From Candidatus Heimdallarchaeota archaeon (GTDB lineage: Archaea; Asgardarchaeota; Heimdallarchaeia; JABLTI01), in the NCBI GenBank assembly GCA_018238155.1, contig JABCTZ010000025.1, forward strand, positions 50,780 through 114,779: 64,000 bases of DNA. The letters are read 5' to 3'. The notes beneath the pieces were generated by a model. That model did no database searches. It was not told the DNA's origin and saw only the letters and a program-made list of their open reading frames with translations. This document shows, one piece after another, positions 30,426 to 41,147 of this stretch. The position numbers and the translations under genes are program-made. Position 1 is the first letter of the stretch, and each line of letters begins with the position of its first letter.

Positions 30426-31220
30426 TTATCTTTTTTTTCTTTTAGAGAACATTTTCTTGTAAATAGTGATTCTGAGTTTTCGAGGAAGGTTTCGAGCAAA
30501 GAAAGCTAAGAATTTATTTCTAAAACCAGGAATACTGTAGATCTTGCCTTTTTTCAAATCTTTTAAGGAGGTGCCTACAACCTTCTCAGCAGTCATGAAT
30601 TTTCTCTTATAAACAGGATGATCAGAACCATACCCCAATTTCTTATGAAAGTCAGTTATGGTAAAACCTGGGCAAAGAGCTTGAATCTTTATACCCTTAT
30701 CTCGTAATGAAAAATCAAGCGACTCTGAGAAGTAGTTTAGGAAAACTTTTGTGGCACTGTACATGGCACTTGGACTAGGTGTAAATGATGCAAGTGATGA
30801 AACATTAATAATAACACCTTTTCCTTTTGCAAGCAAACCAGGTATAATCGCATGAGTCAGTTTAAGGGTAGCGATGTTATGGACCTGAACCATATTGACA
30901 TGATTTTCGATCGCAACTTTATGGAATGATCTACTCTCTCCACCGAAACCGGCATTATTCACAAGTATTTCTAAGTTGGGAGAATTCCTTATTCGTGCCT
31001 CTGCTAGCTTTAGTTCATTTTCCTTTCCAAGATCAATTAACATATAATCAGCATTAATTCCATTTTCTTCTGTAAGTTCTTTGCAAAGCTCTTCAAGAAG
31101 ATTTTCTCTTCGACCTATAAGAATTAAATCATAACCATCGTTTGCAAATCTTCGGGCAAAGGCAGCACCTATTCCACTTGATGCTCCTGTTATTAGTGCT
31201 TTTGCTCTGCTTTTGGTCAT
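30426..31220 (-). CDS. Short-chain dehydrogenase/reductase
   Basis: TGASSGIG, NNAG, YSATK. Confidence 0.95.
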   Translation of the reverse strand: MTKSRAKALITGASSGIGAAFARRFANDGYDLILIGRRENLLEELCKELTEENGINADYMLIDLGKENELKLAEARIRNSPNLEILVNNAGFGGESRSFHKVAIENHVNMVQVHNIATLKLTHAIIPGLLAKGKGVIINVSSLASFTPSPSAMYSATKVFLNYFSESLDFSLRDKGIKIQALCPGFTITDFHKKLGYGSDHPVYKRKFMTAEKVVGTSLKDLKKGKIYSIPGFRNKFLAFFARNLPRKLRITIYKKMFSKRKKR

Positions 31221-31353
31221 AGTAAATCAAGAAAAACATACTGCTTGTGCTTAAGAGGTTTCTTGTCTCAAAGATAATGTTCTTAGTTATTGGAGTTGCC
31301 TTTACTATTGGGGTTTACTTTCTGAATAAACTTATGTCTGTTCAATAAAAAAA

Positions 31354-31620
31354 TTATCCCCCAACATCTTTTCTTTCTAGAACAACAATTCCTATTATTA
31401 GGAGGATTACAGTGATCAAAATCATTACTATCAACGAAATCAATGGGTGAATATAATTGGTTTCAGTTAGTAGGGAAGTTAAATTATTTTCAGTATCATT
31501 TGCTCCTAGGAATGCTGAGATATCTGTAAATTGATTTACATATGTTTAAAAAAAAACCTAAATTCTGTTGGAAGGATGGTATTGGTTGAAATCCGAATGG
31601 TTTTAAGAATAGGAGGAATA
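31354..31620 (-). pseudogene. Diverged, frameshifted copy of the 3' end of ABC permease 34100-35179
   Basis: Encodes TYVNQFTDISAFLGAND..GIVVLERKDVGG*; the first ~42 nt are identical to 34100-34141. Confidence 0.85.
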
Positions 31621-32283
31621 TATACTGATAAGGTAATCAAATATAATTGTAAAATATTTATCAATTATTTCAGAGAATCTCTTAAACGATTTACTATTGA
31701 GAAGGAAAAACTCACTATATTTTTTCTTTAATTTAGCTTCAATGTTTAAAGAAAGAATTCTTTTATTGAAGCTTTCATTCATCATTAATATGATCTTTTC
31801 AATAGCTTTTATAGATGCTTTAGATCTAATAGCTATATAATCTAAAAGAGAGTATTTCATTTTGTAATATTTTTTCCTATCCTTAGTTTTCTTAACGATT
31901 TCAACAGTATCTAACTTTACAAGTTTTGATAATACTTCTGAGACGGTACTTCTGCCATAATTAGTAAACTTGATCAAGTAATCTTGAGTAACTGGATTTG
32001 GTTCAATCATTAATGTCTGTGTAATTGCTGTCAATTCTCTACTTCTAACATAGATTGATTGAGAGTCTATTGCACGTTTCACAAAATCTTGTTTTATCTT
32101 ATATAAAGAGTCATTTTCAATGGATTGGTTTTTTGTTAACTTTTTTTGGATAAAAGTTTCAAAGTCAATTTCAGATCCCATGTTTTCATTTGCAAGTGTT
32201 AGAATATAATTGGGATTTAACAGATATTTATATTCATGAACATTACAATAAAAAATAGATGCTAGAAATAGAGAGAGTATCAC
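31603..32283 (-). CDS. GbsR/MarR-like wHTH regulator (start uncertain)
   Basis: PVTQDYLIKFTNYGRSTVSEVLSKL..RKKYY. Confidence 0.75.
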   Translation of the reverse strand: MILSLFLASIFYCNVHEYKYLLNPNYILTLANENMGSEIDFETFIQKKLTKNQSIENDSLYKIKQDFVKRAIDSQSIYVRSRELTAITQTLMIEPNPVTQDYLIKFTNYGRSTVSEVLSKLVKLDTVEIVKKTKDRKKYYKMKYSLLDYIAIRSKASIKAIEKIILMMNESFNKRILSLNIEAKLKKKYSEFFLLNSKSFKRFSEIIDKYFTIIFDYLISIYSSYS

Positions 32284-32304
32284 AAAAATTTAGGAGAAAT
32301 CGTA

Positions 32305-33240
32305 TTGAGTAAGACCATTCAAAATATCATTCTGAATGTTTCAAATATAACTAAAATTTATGGAAGAGATATTTCCATAGGAAAAAGGACTATTAGAAAA
32401 CGAGTTGTTGGAGCAGAGAATGTTTCCTTTGATGTAATGAAAGGAGAAATCTTTGGCTTCCTGGGACCAAATGGTTCTGGAAAAACAACAACTATTAGAT
32501 CTATTCTTGACTATTTACATATTCAAGAAGGCGAGATAACTGTCTTTGGCTTAGATCATCATAAAGATGCATTAAAAATTAGAAAGAGAATTGGCTATGT
32601 TTCTGGTGATATGGCACTCTATGAAAATTTCACAGGTTTGGAATTGATAAATTATTTTAACAAACTAAGAAAACATGATGAAGAATTCTTAGTAGAATTA
32701 AAGTCAATATTCACTGTTGATTTAGATAGAAAAGTAAGGACTCTTTCTAAGGGTAACAGACAACAGATTGGTTTAATTCTTGCTTTAGCTTCTAAACCAG
32801 AATTCCTAATTTTGGATGAACCATCATCAGGATTAGACCCACTAATAACAGCACAATTTCATCGACTATTGAAACGATTAAAGACAGAGGGAACTACCAT
32901 ATTCCTAAGTTCACATGATCTTTCTGAAGTGCAAAGTATCTGTGACCGCGTGGGTATTATAAAAGATGGAAAGATTATTCTCGTTGAAGAAATGGAAAGC
33001 TTACGGTTGAAATTCTTACAGATTGTCGATGTAACATTTTTAGATAAGACACCATCAAAGGATGAATTATTAACTTTAGAAAATGTCCTCGAGATTAAAG
33101 AAAGAAACACACATCGTTATAATTTACGAATAAAGGAGGATGTGAATGAGATTATTCAATTTCTTTCAACATACTCAATAAGTAGATTGGAAATAAAAGA
33201 TGCTTCTCTGGAAGAAATTTTTCTACATTATTATGAATAG
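32305..33240 (+). CDS. ABC-2 type exporter ATP-binding protein
   Basis: GPNGSGKTT, LSKGNRQ, ILDEP, SSH. Confidence 0.95.
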   Translation: MSKTIQNIILNVSNITKIYGRDISIGKRTIRKRVVGAENVSFDVMKGEIFGFLGPNGSGKTTTIRSILDYLHIQEGEITVFGLDHHKDALKIRKRIGYVSGDMALYENFTGLELINYFNKLRKHDEEFLVELKSIFTVDLDRKVRTLSKGNRQQIGLILALASKPEFLILDEPSSGLDPLITAQFHRLLKRLKTEGTTIFLSSHDLSEVQSICDRVGIIKDGKIILVEEMESLRLKFLQIVDVTFLDKTPSKDELLTLENVLEIKERNTHRYNLRIKEDVNEIIQFLSTYSISRLEIKDASLEEIFLHYYE

Positions 33241-33252
33241 GAGGACAAAAAA

Positions 33253-34053
33253 ATGGTACATATTCTATTAAAAAATATGAAAAAGAGTATATTGTCAGGT
33301 ATTCTACCGCCTTTAATTATTGTTCTCATGATAATAATGATTTCTGGCATATGGCCTTCAGTAAAGGTTCATATGGCAACCTTTGCAGACATATTAGAAA
33401 ATCCTGTTTATGAAGCAATGCTAGGACAATTAGGATTAGCTGATATCAGTACATTTCAAGGATTCTTGAGTATCGAAATTTTTACTATGTTAGAGATGAC
33501 TATGATTTTCATCACAATGCTCATACCCGCAAGGATGATTACATCAGAAGTCGATAAAAGAACATTAGATATTACAATAAGTTACCCAATTACTCGTTGG
33601 CGATTAATCCTTGAGAAATTTGGTGCCTATCTAATCTACAATCTTCTCTATCCTATATTATTGATAACTACAACAATAATTGCCAATGAGATTTTGAATG
33701 AAGATATTAATTATACCCTTCTATCATATGCTGCAATTGGCTCATGGTTACTCTTCTTCGCTTTAGGTGCTATCTCATTACTTTGTGGAGCAGTTTTTCT
33801 CGAAGGCAAAAAAGCTATCGCAGCTGCCGCTGGAATAATTTTAGGTATGTGGGTACTAGTAAGATTTAGCGGATTTGTTGAAGAATTAGATTTCCTCAAA
33901 TACATGTCACTTTTCCATTATCTAAATGCGGCAGTAATATTCAATGCCGGTAAAATGCCATTAGATGAACTCTTCATTGTAATAGGTGTCGGTTTGGCAG
34001 CATTAATCAGTGCGTTAATTATTTTTGAAAAGAGGGAATTAACTATCGTCTAA
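33253..34053 (+). CDS. ABC-2 type permease
   Basis: 6 TMs; EVDKRTLD..PITR..EK; FEKREL C-terminus. Confidence 0.9.
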   Translation: MVHILLKNMKKSILSGILPPLIIVLMIIMISGIWPSVKVHMATFADILENPVYEAMLGQLGLADISTFQGFLSIEIFTMLEMTMIFITMLIPARMITSEVDKRTLDITISYPITRWRLILEKFGAYLIYNLLYPILLITTTIIANEILNEDINYTLLSYAAIGSWLLFFALGAISLLCGAVFLEGKKAIAAAAGIILGMWVLVRFSGFVEELDFLKYMSLFHYLNAAVIFNAGKMPLDELFIVIGVGLAALISALIIFEKRELTIV

Positions 34054-34099
34054 TTCTCTTCTTTGCTTCTTTTTATAATTACATTTAATAAAAAAGAAA

Positions 34100-35179
34100 T
34101 TATCCCCCAACATCTTTTCTTTCTAGAACAACAATTCCTATGACTAAGAGGACAATAGTAATCACAATTAATACTGTCAACGAAATCAATGGGTGAATAT
34201 AATTAGTTTCAGCTAATAAGAATGTTAAATTATTTTCAACATCGTTTGCTCCGAGGAACGCTGAGATATCAGTAAATTGATTCACATACGTTCCAAAGAA
34301 TAAGCCAAAATTTTGTTGGAAGAATGGTGTTGGTTGAAATCCAAATGGTTTTAAAAATAAGATGAAAATTGTGCTTAAATTATATCCAAGATCAATTATG
34401 TAGAGAGACCACGTTTCATAATATCCTGGAAGAGCTAATCGTAATAGTATTCCAACAAAATAAATCACTATTATTGCTAACATTATAAATACAACGTTGA
34501 TAACAACTTTCTTGTTTATAATTGACATGAAACCCATTATAAAACCAATAATTGCAATCATCATTAAAGCATACAAATAAATTGGAACAAGATAGAGCAA
34601 TGATTGTAGAAACACATCAAATGAGACTTGGAAAACTGTGCATGGTATTACAAGTCCGAGGAACAATGAAAATAGTTGTAGGATTGCCATATTGACGAAA
34701 TAACCTACAAATTTACCAAAGAATATAGTCGATCTTCTTATTGGTTTAGTCATTAGAAAAATCAATGTTCCACTATTCTCTTCTCCTGAAATAAATGTTG
34801 AAGCTGACAAACCACAGAAGAGAAATAGAAGTATTCCTGCATTCCAAAAGAATGCGTAAAATGCGAAATGGCTCACAATAGTTGTAACTTGAAAATTAAT
34901 ATTCAAATCTGATAATGGAACAATCAAATTTTCGGCAGTCACATTAGAGAAAATAAATGGAAAAATGATTGAGAGAATAACATAAACAATTACTCGAGTC
35001 GCTCCAAACATCTCTATAAATGTTTTTTTGAAAATCATGAACATACCAAAGTATACTTTATTGTCTCGAGGAAGTTTCTCAGTTTCTTTCTTTTCCTTTA
35101 TCTTCTTAGGTTTTTCACCAATTATTGTTGGTTCAATGGTCAATGGTTTCTTTTCAGGTTGTGGTAAAGGCATTTCCAT
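34100..35179 (-). CDS. ABC-2 type permease
   Basis: ISGEENSGTLIFLMTKPIRR..GKF; LERKDV C-terminus. Confidence 0.9.
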   Translation of the reverse strand: MEMPLPQPEKKPLTIEPTIIGEKPKKIKEKKETEKLPRDNKVYFGMFMIFKKTFIEMFGATRVIVYVILSIIFPFIFSNVTAENLIVPLSDLNINFQVTTIVSHFAFYAFFWNAGILLFLFCGLSASTFISGEENSGTLIFLMTKPIRRSTIFFGKFVGYFVNMAILQLFSLFLGLVIPCTVFQVSFDVFLQSLLYLVPIYLYALMMIAIIGFIMGFMSIINKKVVINVVFIMLAIIVIYFVGILLRLALPGYYETWSLYIIDLGYNLSTIFILFLKPFGFQPTPFFQQNFGLFFGTYVNQFTDISAFLGANDVENNLTFLLAETNYIHPLISLTVLIVITIVLLVIGIVVLERKDVGG

Positions 35180-35183
35180 ATGA

Positions 35184-36284
35184 TCATCCCCTCCTCACTC
35201 TCTTTAACAAGCCACCTTGCTCAATCTGTTGCTCATACAACAGCTCTTCCTCGTAGAGAAATTCTGAACCATATCGCTTCGAGATAACATTAATGAACAC
35301 TTCTTCTAGAGTTACTTCAATGGGAGAAAAGCGTCTAAGTTCAGAGCCATTCCTTTGAAGAATTTCAGGCAGTTGGACATATACGTAATCAATGAAATCA
35401 CTTTGAAAGATAATAGTATCATTTGAATCAAGATATATTTTTGTTGCAACTCCAAGGCTAGATAAATCTTCTATCACTTGTTTTGCATTAGAACATTCCA
35501 AAGCATATTCTCCTGTTGAAAATTCTTTCCGCATTTCAGCTAATGTAGTAGTTAAACCAATTTTTCCTTTTACAATAATAGTAACTCGAGATACTAGTTT
35601 TTCGATTTCGGTGAGAATATGTCCACTTACAAAAACACTTGTACCTAACATACCTGCTAATTCTTTGATAGTATTGACTAATTTAAAGCGTGATTCAGGA
35701 TCGAGTCCTGCAGTACTTTCATCAAGAACAGCTAAACGTGGATGATGCATTAATGCTTGCGCAACGGCAAGTTTTGCTTTCATACCCGTCGAGAATTTTG
35801 CCGGATGCCGGAAACCATGTTTAGTCATTTCTAGAATATGTAGGAATTCCTTTGCTCGTTCTTTTGCAAGAGTTTTCTGCATACCAGTAAGTCGTCCCAT
35901 ATAAATTAAATAATCATAAGCAGTCATAGATTTCCAAAAGTTAGGATTGGCTATTGCTACTCCTATCAGTTTATTTGCTGCAGGTGTTCCAATTGGTTTA
36001 CCAAAAATGTATCCTTTGCCACTTGTTGGTCTGTATGTTCCGGCAATCATTAACATTGAAGTGGTTTTTCCAGCACCATTTGGTCCTAAATAACCATGGA
36101 CTTCTCCCTCCTTGACAGATATATTAATCCCATCAACTGCTTTTACTTGGTTATATCCCTTACCAAAGTATTTCTTTAAATTAATAGTTTGGATAGCCAA
36201 ATTTTCATCTATTTCAATTTCTTGTTCTTCAATTTCATCTTGTACTACCGGGAGGTTCTTAGATTGATCTGTGGTCAAATTCAT
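35184..36284 (-). CDS. ABC transporter ATP-binding protein
   Basis: GPNGAGKTT, FSTGMK, VLDE, H-loop. Confidence 0.93.
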   Translation of the reverse strand: MNLTTDQSKNLPVVQDEIEEQEIEIDENLAIQTINLKKYFGKGYNQVKAVDGINISVKEGEVHGYLGPNGAGKTTSMLMIAGTYRPTSGKGYIFGKPIGTPAANKLIGVAIANPNFWKSMTAYDYLIYMGRLTGMQKTLAKERAKEFLHILEMTKHGFRHPAKFSTGMKAKLAVAQALMHHPRLAVLDESTAGLDPESRFKLVNTIKELAGMLGTSVFVSGHILTEIEKLVSRVTIIVKGKIGLTTTLAEMRKEFSTGEYALECSNAKQVIEDLSSLGVATKIYLDSNDTIIFQSDFIDYVYVQLPEILQRNGSELRRFSPIEVTLEEVFINVISKRYGSEFLYEEELLYEQQIEQGGLLKRVRRG

Positions 36285-39200
36285 TTACTGTTCACCCTCC
36301 ATTTCTAGAGATGGACCAAAGTCAGCTAAATTATCTTTTGGTCTTACTTTGACAAAAATCTTCAACCCAACAAAAGTGAAGACAATTACGCTTATTGCAA
36401 TCCAAAGAATGACTACTCCACCACCTTTTTCATTAACTACCACAAGTGAAGCATAAGCACTAATTCCATTACGATCAGTAATAGCAACAGAGACATTATG
36501 TTCACCATTGCTTAGATAAATAGTTACTTCAGATTCAAAAGTAAAGGCAATTTCTGTTCCACTAAGAAATATTTGAGAATAGACTTCTTGTGCAGAAGTT
36601 TCCCAAAATAATTGGAACTTGCCACTATGTTCTGGTTGTATTTCTATATCAAAAAAATCAATTGAAAAATGGTTATTTATCGCTCTAAGTCTTCCAAAAT
36701 TATCTAGAAAAACAATGTTCCCTTTCAGTGTTCCATTTAATTCAGAAGGCAAAAATGCAGACATAACTAATCCGTCAATTTTTTTCCAAATTAGACCGGT
36801 ATCACTATCTATAATAATTGAAGAAAAGTCTCCTGTTGGAGTAAGAAGAGTCATCAAAATATCTTCTTTGTTATTTCCAGAAACATCACCAAGATTTTTC
36901 ATAAAAGCCGCAGGCATAATTGTAGGATGAGAAAACTCTTCTTTGAGAACAGGAACAAAGCTATAACTGGTTTCCACTGTTGCAATTGATTTTGATACAT
37001 CAATTAATTCTAAAGTCATTCCTTGAGCGATTTCATCCGTTCCACCACCTTGATTGACTGACCATGCGAAAAGTAGCTCTGGAATAGAATCACCATTTAT
37101 GTCTGAAATGTAATCAGTAAATTCAGTTATCCCTGCTTTCTTAAATTGATCCATATAATAAAATCCATTGTCAAAATTCGCTTTATTAACAAAATACAAG
37201 CTTAGGAATGTTCCATCTGAACCATCAATAATATAGTACCCTCGTGAAAGGGAATTTGCATCACCACTACTCCAAGGAACAAAAGCTATGTGATCTCTTA
37301 TTCCATCATTATTGAAATCAACTTGGTATAATTCCAAATTTAAGTCATTGATGTTTCCTTTGATGTCATATACAATTATTCCTGTTTCCAAATCAAAAAT
37401 CGAAATTAGCATTTGTTCATTTTGATTTCTATTTAATGCCAATATTGTTTCATTGTGGGTTTCTTCCATATGGAAAATGAAATTTTCTTCATCTATCCAA
37501 CCATCTGTATTTTGCCAATTCCAATGTAGAGAAGAAAAATTCGTTGAATCTACTAAGACTACGCGATTATCACCAATTATTAGGATGTCCTCAGATGAAT
37601 TACCAACTAAATCACCTATATTATAGATAACACCTCTATGTGGAAGCCAATTTCTATAATGAGGATCAAAAATATCTGTTTCTCGAGTAAGATTCCAAAG
37701 ATAATTACCATCTAGACCACTATGACAATATAAGTAACCATTTTGACCTGTAACAAGAATATCCTGAAGTCCGTCTGAATTTTGATCTTCAACAGGTGCA
37801 ATTGAAATTATTTTCAATTGATCAGGATTATACACCCAATTAGGATCAGTGGCTGTGGTTTCCCAAACAATGGAACCATTAAAACCATTAAGCAACAGAA
37901 CTTTTGAAATGTTTTGGAGCAAGTATGTTTGCGTAGAAGTTTCTCTTTGTGCTAACCACAAATCTGGAATGCCATCTCCAGTTATATCATCAGCTAATTC
38001 TACTTGGCTGTATCCACCACTTAATAATAGTTGATCTTCCATAGTCATTTCATGATTCCAAATTGTTTCTCCAGTTGAGCCGTCCACGACAGCTAATTTC
38101 GTTATCGTATAACGATTTGTTTGCCAATTATCTAGATAATGAATACTTTTACGAAGAAAGTCATTAGTTGAATCATTATTTATATCATAAAAAATTTCCA
38201 TTTGTTCTTGAGCAGAAATAGTTAAACGCCAAACTAATTCTCCGGTTTCTCCATTAAGAGCAAAAAGACCGTATCCTGCAAGAAAAATAAGAACTTCAGA
38301 TTCAAGTGAACCTGTAATATTGTTAATAGAAAAAGCATAGTTGCCTGTAAAAGGATAATTGCTTCCTTGACTTTCCGAACCAGAATTCAAATCAAAATTC
38401 AAACTGTTAGTAAATGCTGAAATTTCCCACTGATCAATTAATGTGTTATTTTCTAAAGAATAGATATCAATTAGAAAAGTGTTTGTGGTATTTTCAACTC
38501 CTGTAGGTATGATTAATTTTGTAAAACTACCATTACCATCTTGTGAGCTATGTGATGTAACAGATCTTACTTTATCAATATCAATAGAAGATAAACTCCA
38601 TAATACATTCATTTCATTTTGCTCAATATCTATAACTGATACAGTACTATTTCCGAACGTTCCTGTTCCACGCCCTAAGGTAAGAATTTGAGTGTCAGAG
38701 GAGAGAGAATCTAATTCAAAAACCATTACATTATAGAAAGTTTCAGAACCAAAATAGGCTATGTTATGAGTCGTTCCTGTTATTGAAAATGCTTTAACTT
38801 CATCAAGTAATTTTCCATTAGTAATATCGTATATTGAAACATAACCTGATTCACTTGAAATTATAACATCCTCTTTATTATCACCATTAAAATCTTCAAG
38901 TATCATTACATCATACACATTTTGATCTATTGTAATAGTAGTGCCTTGCTCTGTATTTGTATATTGAAGTGATTCAGTAGCTTGTATGGTCCAGATTTTA
39001 TTACCATTTTTTCCTGAAACAACTAGTAATTCTCCATCTTGCGTTCCAAAGATGACTTCATTTATGCCGTCTGAATCTAAGTCATCAGCTAATAAATCAA
39101 GTGACCATATATCATCTGACCCACTTGCGGACCACAAAAGAGAACCATCAATAGCATCTAATGCATAAACAGTATTATACGACGAAATCAAAACGTCATC

Positions 39201-39779
39201 TAACCCGTCACTCGTCAAATCCTCTATTTGTAAACCATTCCAAGACCGAGTTTCTTTTTCTGTAAAACCAATTCCATCGACAAAGACTGTAACTGTAGGA
39301 CGGAATGACCAGATTTTTTCTCCGGAAAAACCATCAATTAATTCAGTATTATTAAAATCTTGAGTATCGACTGTGATTAGTACATCTCTGATGTTATCAT
39401 TTGTAACATCGCTTAATGGTGTAATACTTAGAATTGCTCCTGGAGTAGAAATAAACCAAAAAATTGTTCCTAATTCAATATTGATTTTGGAAAGACCAAT
39501 GTTGGAACCCATGTAGAGAATTTCCTCAGAACCAACTCCATTAATCGAATCTAAAACTGGTCGACAAGTAGTATCATCAGGCAAACCTGAAAAGGATGAC
39601 CATATTTCACCATCATTTGGATCAGAAGTTGCAGTAAGCGATGGCAAAGAGGGGTTTACAGAAAGAGCATTTGAAGTGGAAATTTTACTGGTAGACATTG
39701 TTGTACTAACTAAAAATGAAATAAAAGGAGTTGCTAATAGTATAAATAAAAGAGTGATTGTTTTTTCCTTTCGGAGCAT
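36285..39779 (-). CDS. Large surface beta-propeller protein with FG-GAP/PQQ-like repeats and C-terminal TM
   Basis: Many D-x-[NT]-x-DG-x-x-D and DG-x-[TS]G-x-x-x-W repeats; signal peptide from MLRKEK; co-operonic with the ABC genes. Confidence 0.85.
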   Translation of the reverse strand: MLRKEKTITLLFILLATPFISFLVSTTMSTSKISTSNALSVNPSLPSLTATSDPNDGEIWSSFSGLPDDTTCRPVLDSINGVGSEEILYMGSNIGLSKINIELGTIFWFISTPGAILSITPLSDVTNDNIRDVLITVDTQDFNNTELIDGFSGEKIWSFRPTVTVFVDGIGFTEKETRSWNGLQIEDLTSDGLDDVLISSYNTVYALDAIDGSLLWSASGSDDIWSLDLLADDLDSDGINEVIFGTQDGELLVVSGKNGNKIWTIQATESLQYTNTEQGTTITIDQNVYDVMILEDFNGDNKEDVIISSESGYVSIYDITNGKLLDEVKAFSITGTTHNIAYFGSETFYNVMVFELDSLSSDTQILTLGRGTGTFGNSTVSVIDIEQNEMNVLWSLSSIDIDKVRSVTSHSSQDGNGSFTKLIIPTGVENTTNTFLIDIYSLENNTLIDQWEISAFTNSLNFDLNSGSESQGSNYPFTGNYAFSINNITGSLESEVLIFLAGYGLFALNGETGELVWRLTISAQEQMEIFYDINNDSTNDFLRKSIHYLDNWQTNRYTITKLAVVDGSTGETIWNHEMTMEDQLLLSGGYSQVELADDITGDGIPDLWLAQRETSTQTYLLQNISKVLLLNGFNGSIVWETTATDPNWVYNPDQLKIISIAPVEDQNSDGLQDILVTGQNGYLYCHSGLDGNYLWNLTRETDIFDPHYRNWLPHRGVIYNIGDLVGNSSEDILIIGDNRVVLVDSTNFSSLHWNWQNTDGWIDEENFIFHMEETHNETILALNRNQNEQMLISIFDLETGIIVYDIKGNINDLNLELYQVDFNNDGIRDHIAFVPWSSGDANSLSRGYYIIDGSDGTFLSLYFVNKANFDNGFYYMDQFKKAGITEFTDYISDINGDSIPELLFAWSVNQGGGTDEIAQGMTLELIDVSKSIATVETSYSFVPVLKEEFSHPTIMPAAFMKNLGDVSGNNKEDILMTLLTPTGDFSSIIIDSDTGLIWKKIDGLVMSAFLPSELNGTLKGNIVFLDNFGRLRAINNHFSIDFFDIEIQPEHSGKFQLFWETSAQEVYSQIFLSGTEIAFTFESEVTIYLSNGEHNVSVAITDRNGISAYASLVVVNEKGGGVVILWIAISVIVFTFVGLKIFVKVRPKDNLADFGPSLEMEGEQ

Positions 39780-39984
39780 AAAGGTAACACCAACTGATAT
39801 AGAAGAGATAATTTCCATTGGATATACAACAGATATTTCCCCTCGAGATAATAATGAAATATACAAATCATATTTAAAAACAATTAAGATAGAGGCAAGA
39901 GAGAGAAAAAAAATTAAAGCAACAAAAGTTTCAAAATATTTGATTTCGCTCCAGTCAGAAAGTAACTATCTCTTCTCCATTCAT

Positions 39985-41010
39985 TCATCCATTTCGCTCT
40001 AGTGAATGTTTCGTGAATTTTTTCCAAGCTTTAGTTATCTCTTTTCGATGATTTTTCAAACCTGTGGGTAACTTATCAATATCTAATTGAAGACTCTCCC
40101 ATTGGATATTCATAGAAGACCTTGTGGTGAGCTTCTGTTTTGTTTTCTTTGTGAATGATGAGAGGTCGGCACCAGTAACACGTTTCTTATGAAGGTAAAT
40201 CTTGTATAAATTCGAGCATTTTACAAGTGGAGAGAGATCAATAGAAACAATTTGATTCTTAGCTAAGTAAATCTCTTCTAGCGCGATGCAATTTGCAAGC
40301 GGTGAGAAATCAACTGAAGTAAGCCGATTAATAGCAAGGTCTAGGTCTTTTAATGCAATACAATTTGCGAGGGGTGAGAGGTCGATAGAGGTAAGTAGAT
40401 TATCATCAAGGTCGAGATTTGTTAATACAATGCAATCTGCGAGAGGTGTGAGGTCAATAGATTCAAGCTGATTTTCAGAAAGGCAGAGCTCTTCTAGTTT
40501 TGTGCATTTTGCGAGGGGTGAGATATCAAGCTCTGTAAGCCGATTTTCATTAAGGAAGATTTCCTTTAATTCCGTGCAATTTGCGAGTGGCGAGAGATCA
40601 ATAGATGTAAACAAATTATCGTGAAGATAGAGCTCTTCTAGTTTTGTACACTTTGCAAGTGGTGACAGATCAAGCTCAGTAAGCAGATTCCCTGAAAAAA
40701 AGGGTGTTCCAATAACGAGTATTTGTAGGTTGATGCATTTTGCGAGTGGAGAAAGGTCGAGCTCAGTAAGCTGATTCTCATCGAGAGCAAGTCTTTGTAA
40801 TTTTGTGCACTTTGCAAGTGGAGAGAGGTCAATTTCAGCAAGCTGATTGGTTGAAATGTCGAGCTCTTGAAGATTTGTGCATTGTGCGAGTGGTGATAAA
40901 TCCACAGTGACAAGCTCACTATTGTTTAGAGCGACCTCTTCTGTATCTGAACTAAAATTACTTGTGAATTGTTTCCCATAGGAATCAGTTCCCTTAATTA
41001 CTACTGTCAT
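39985..41010 (-). CDS. Leucine-rich repeat protein (22-aa repeats)
   Basis: About 11 repeats of LTxLDLSPLAxCTxLxxLxLxxN. Confidence 0.95.
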   Translation of the reverse strand: MTVVIKGTDSYGKQFTSNFSSDTEEVALNNSELVTVDLSPLAQCTNLQELDISTNQLAEIDLSPLAKCTKLQRLALDENQLTELDLSPLAKCINLQILVIGTPFFSGNLLTELDLSPLAKCTKLEELYLHDNLFTSIDLSPLANCTELKEIFLNENRLTELDISPLAKCTKLEELCLSENQLESIDLTPLADCIVLTNLDLDDNLLTSIDLSPLANCIALKDLDLAINRLTSVDFSPLANCIALEEIYLAKNQIVSIDLSPLVKCSNLYKIYLHKKRVTGADLSSFTKKTKQKLTTRSSMNIQWESLQLDIDKLPTGLKNHRKEITKAWKKFTKHSLERNG

Positions 41011-41147
41011 TTTACAATCATCTCAAACAGATTTTATTTGCAATTAATACTTAACACTATTTCGTTGGTAATAAAAAGGATATCCAAACGAGATAAAAAC
41101 GAAATATTATTAGTTAATAAAATAAAAAAAAGAGAGTGAGAGAAAAC

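Noticed and set aside
31354-34370. Possible DGR template/variable repeat pair
   Set aside because: Mismatches are not adenine-specific on either strand, and no reverse transcriptase is present in the window
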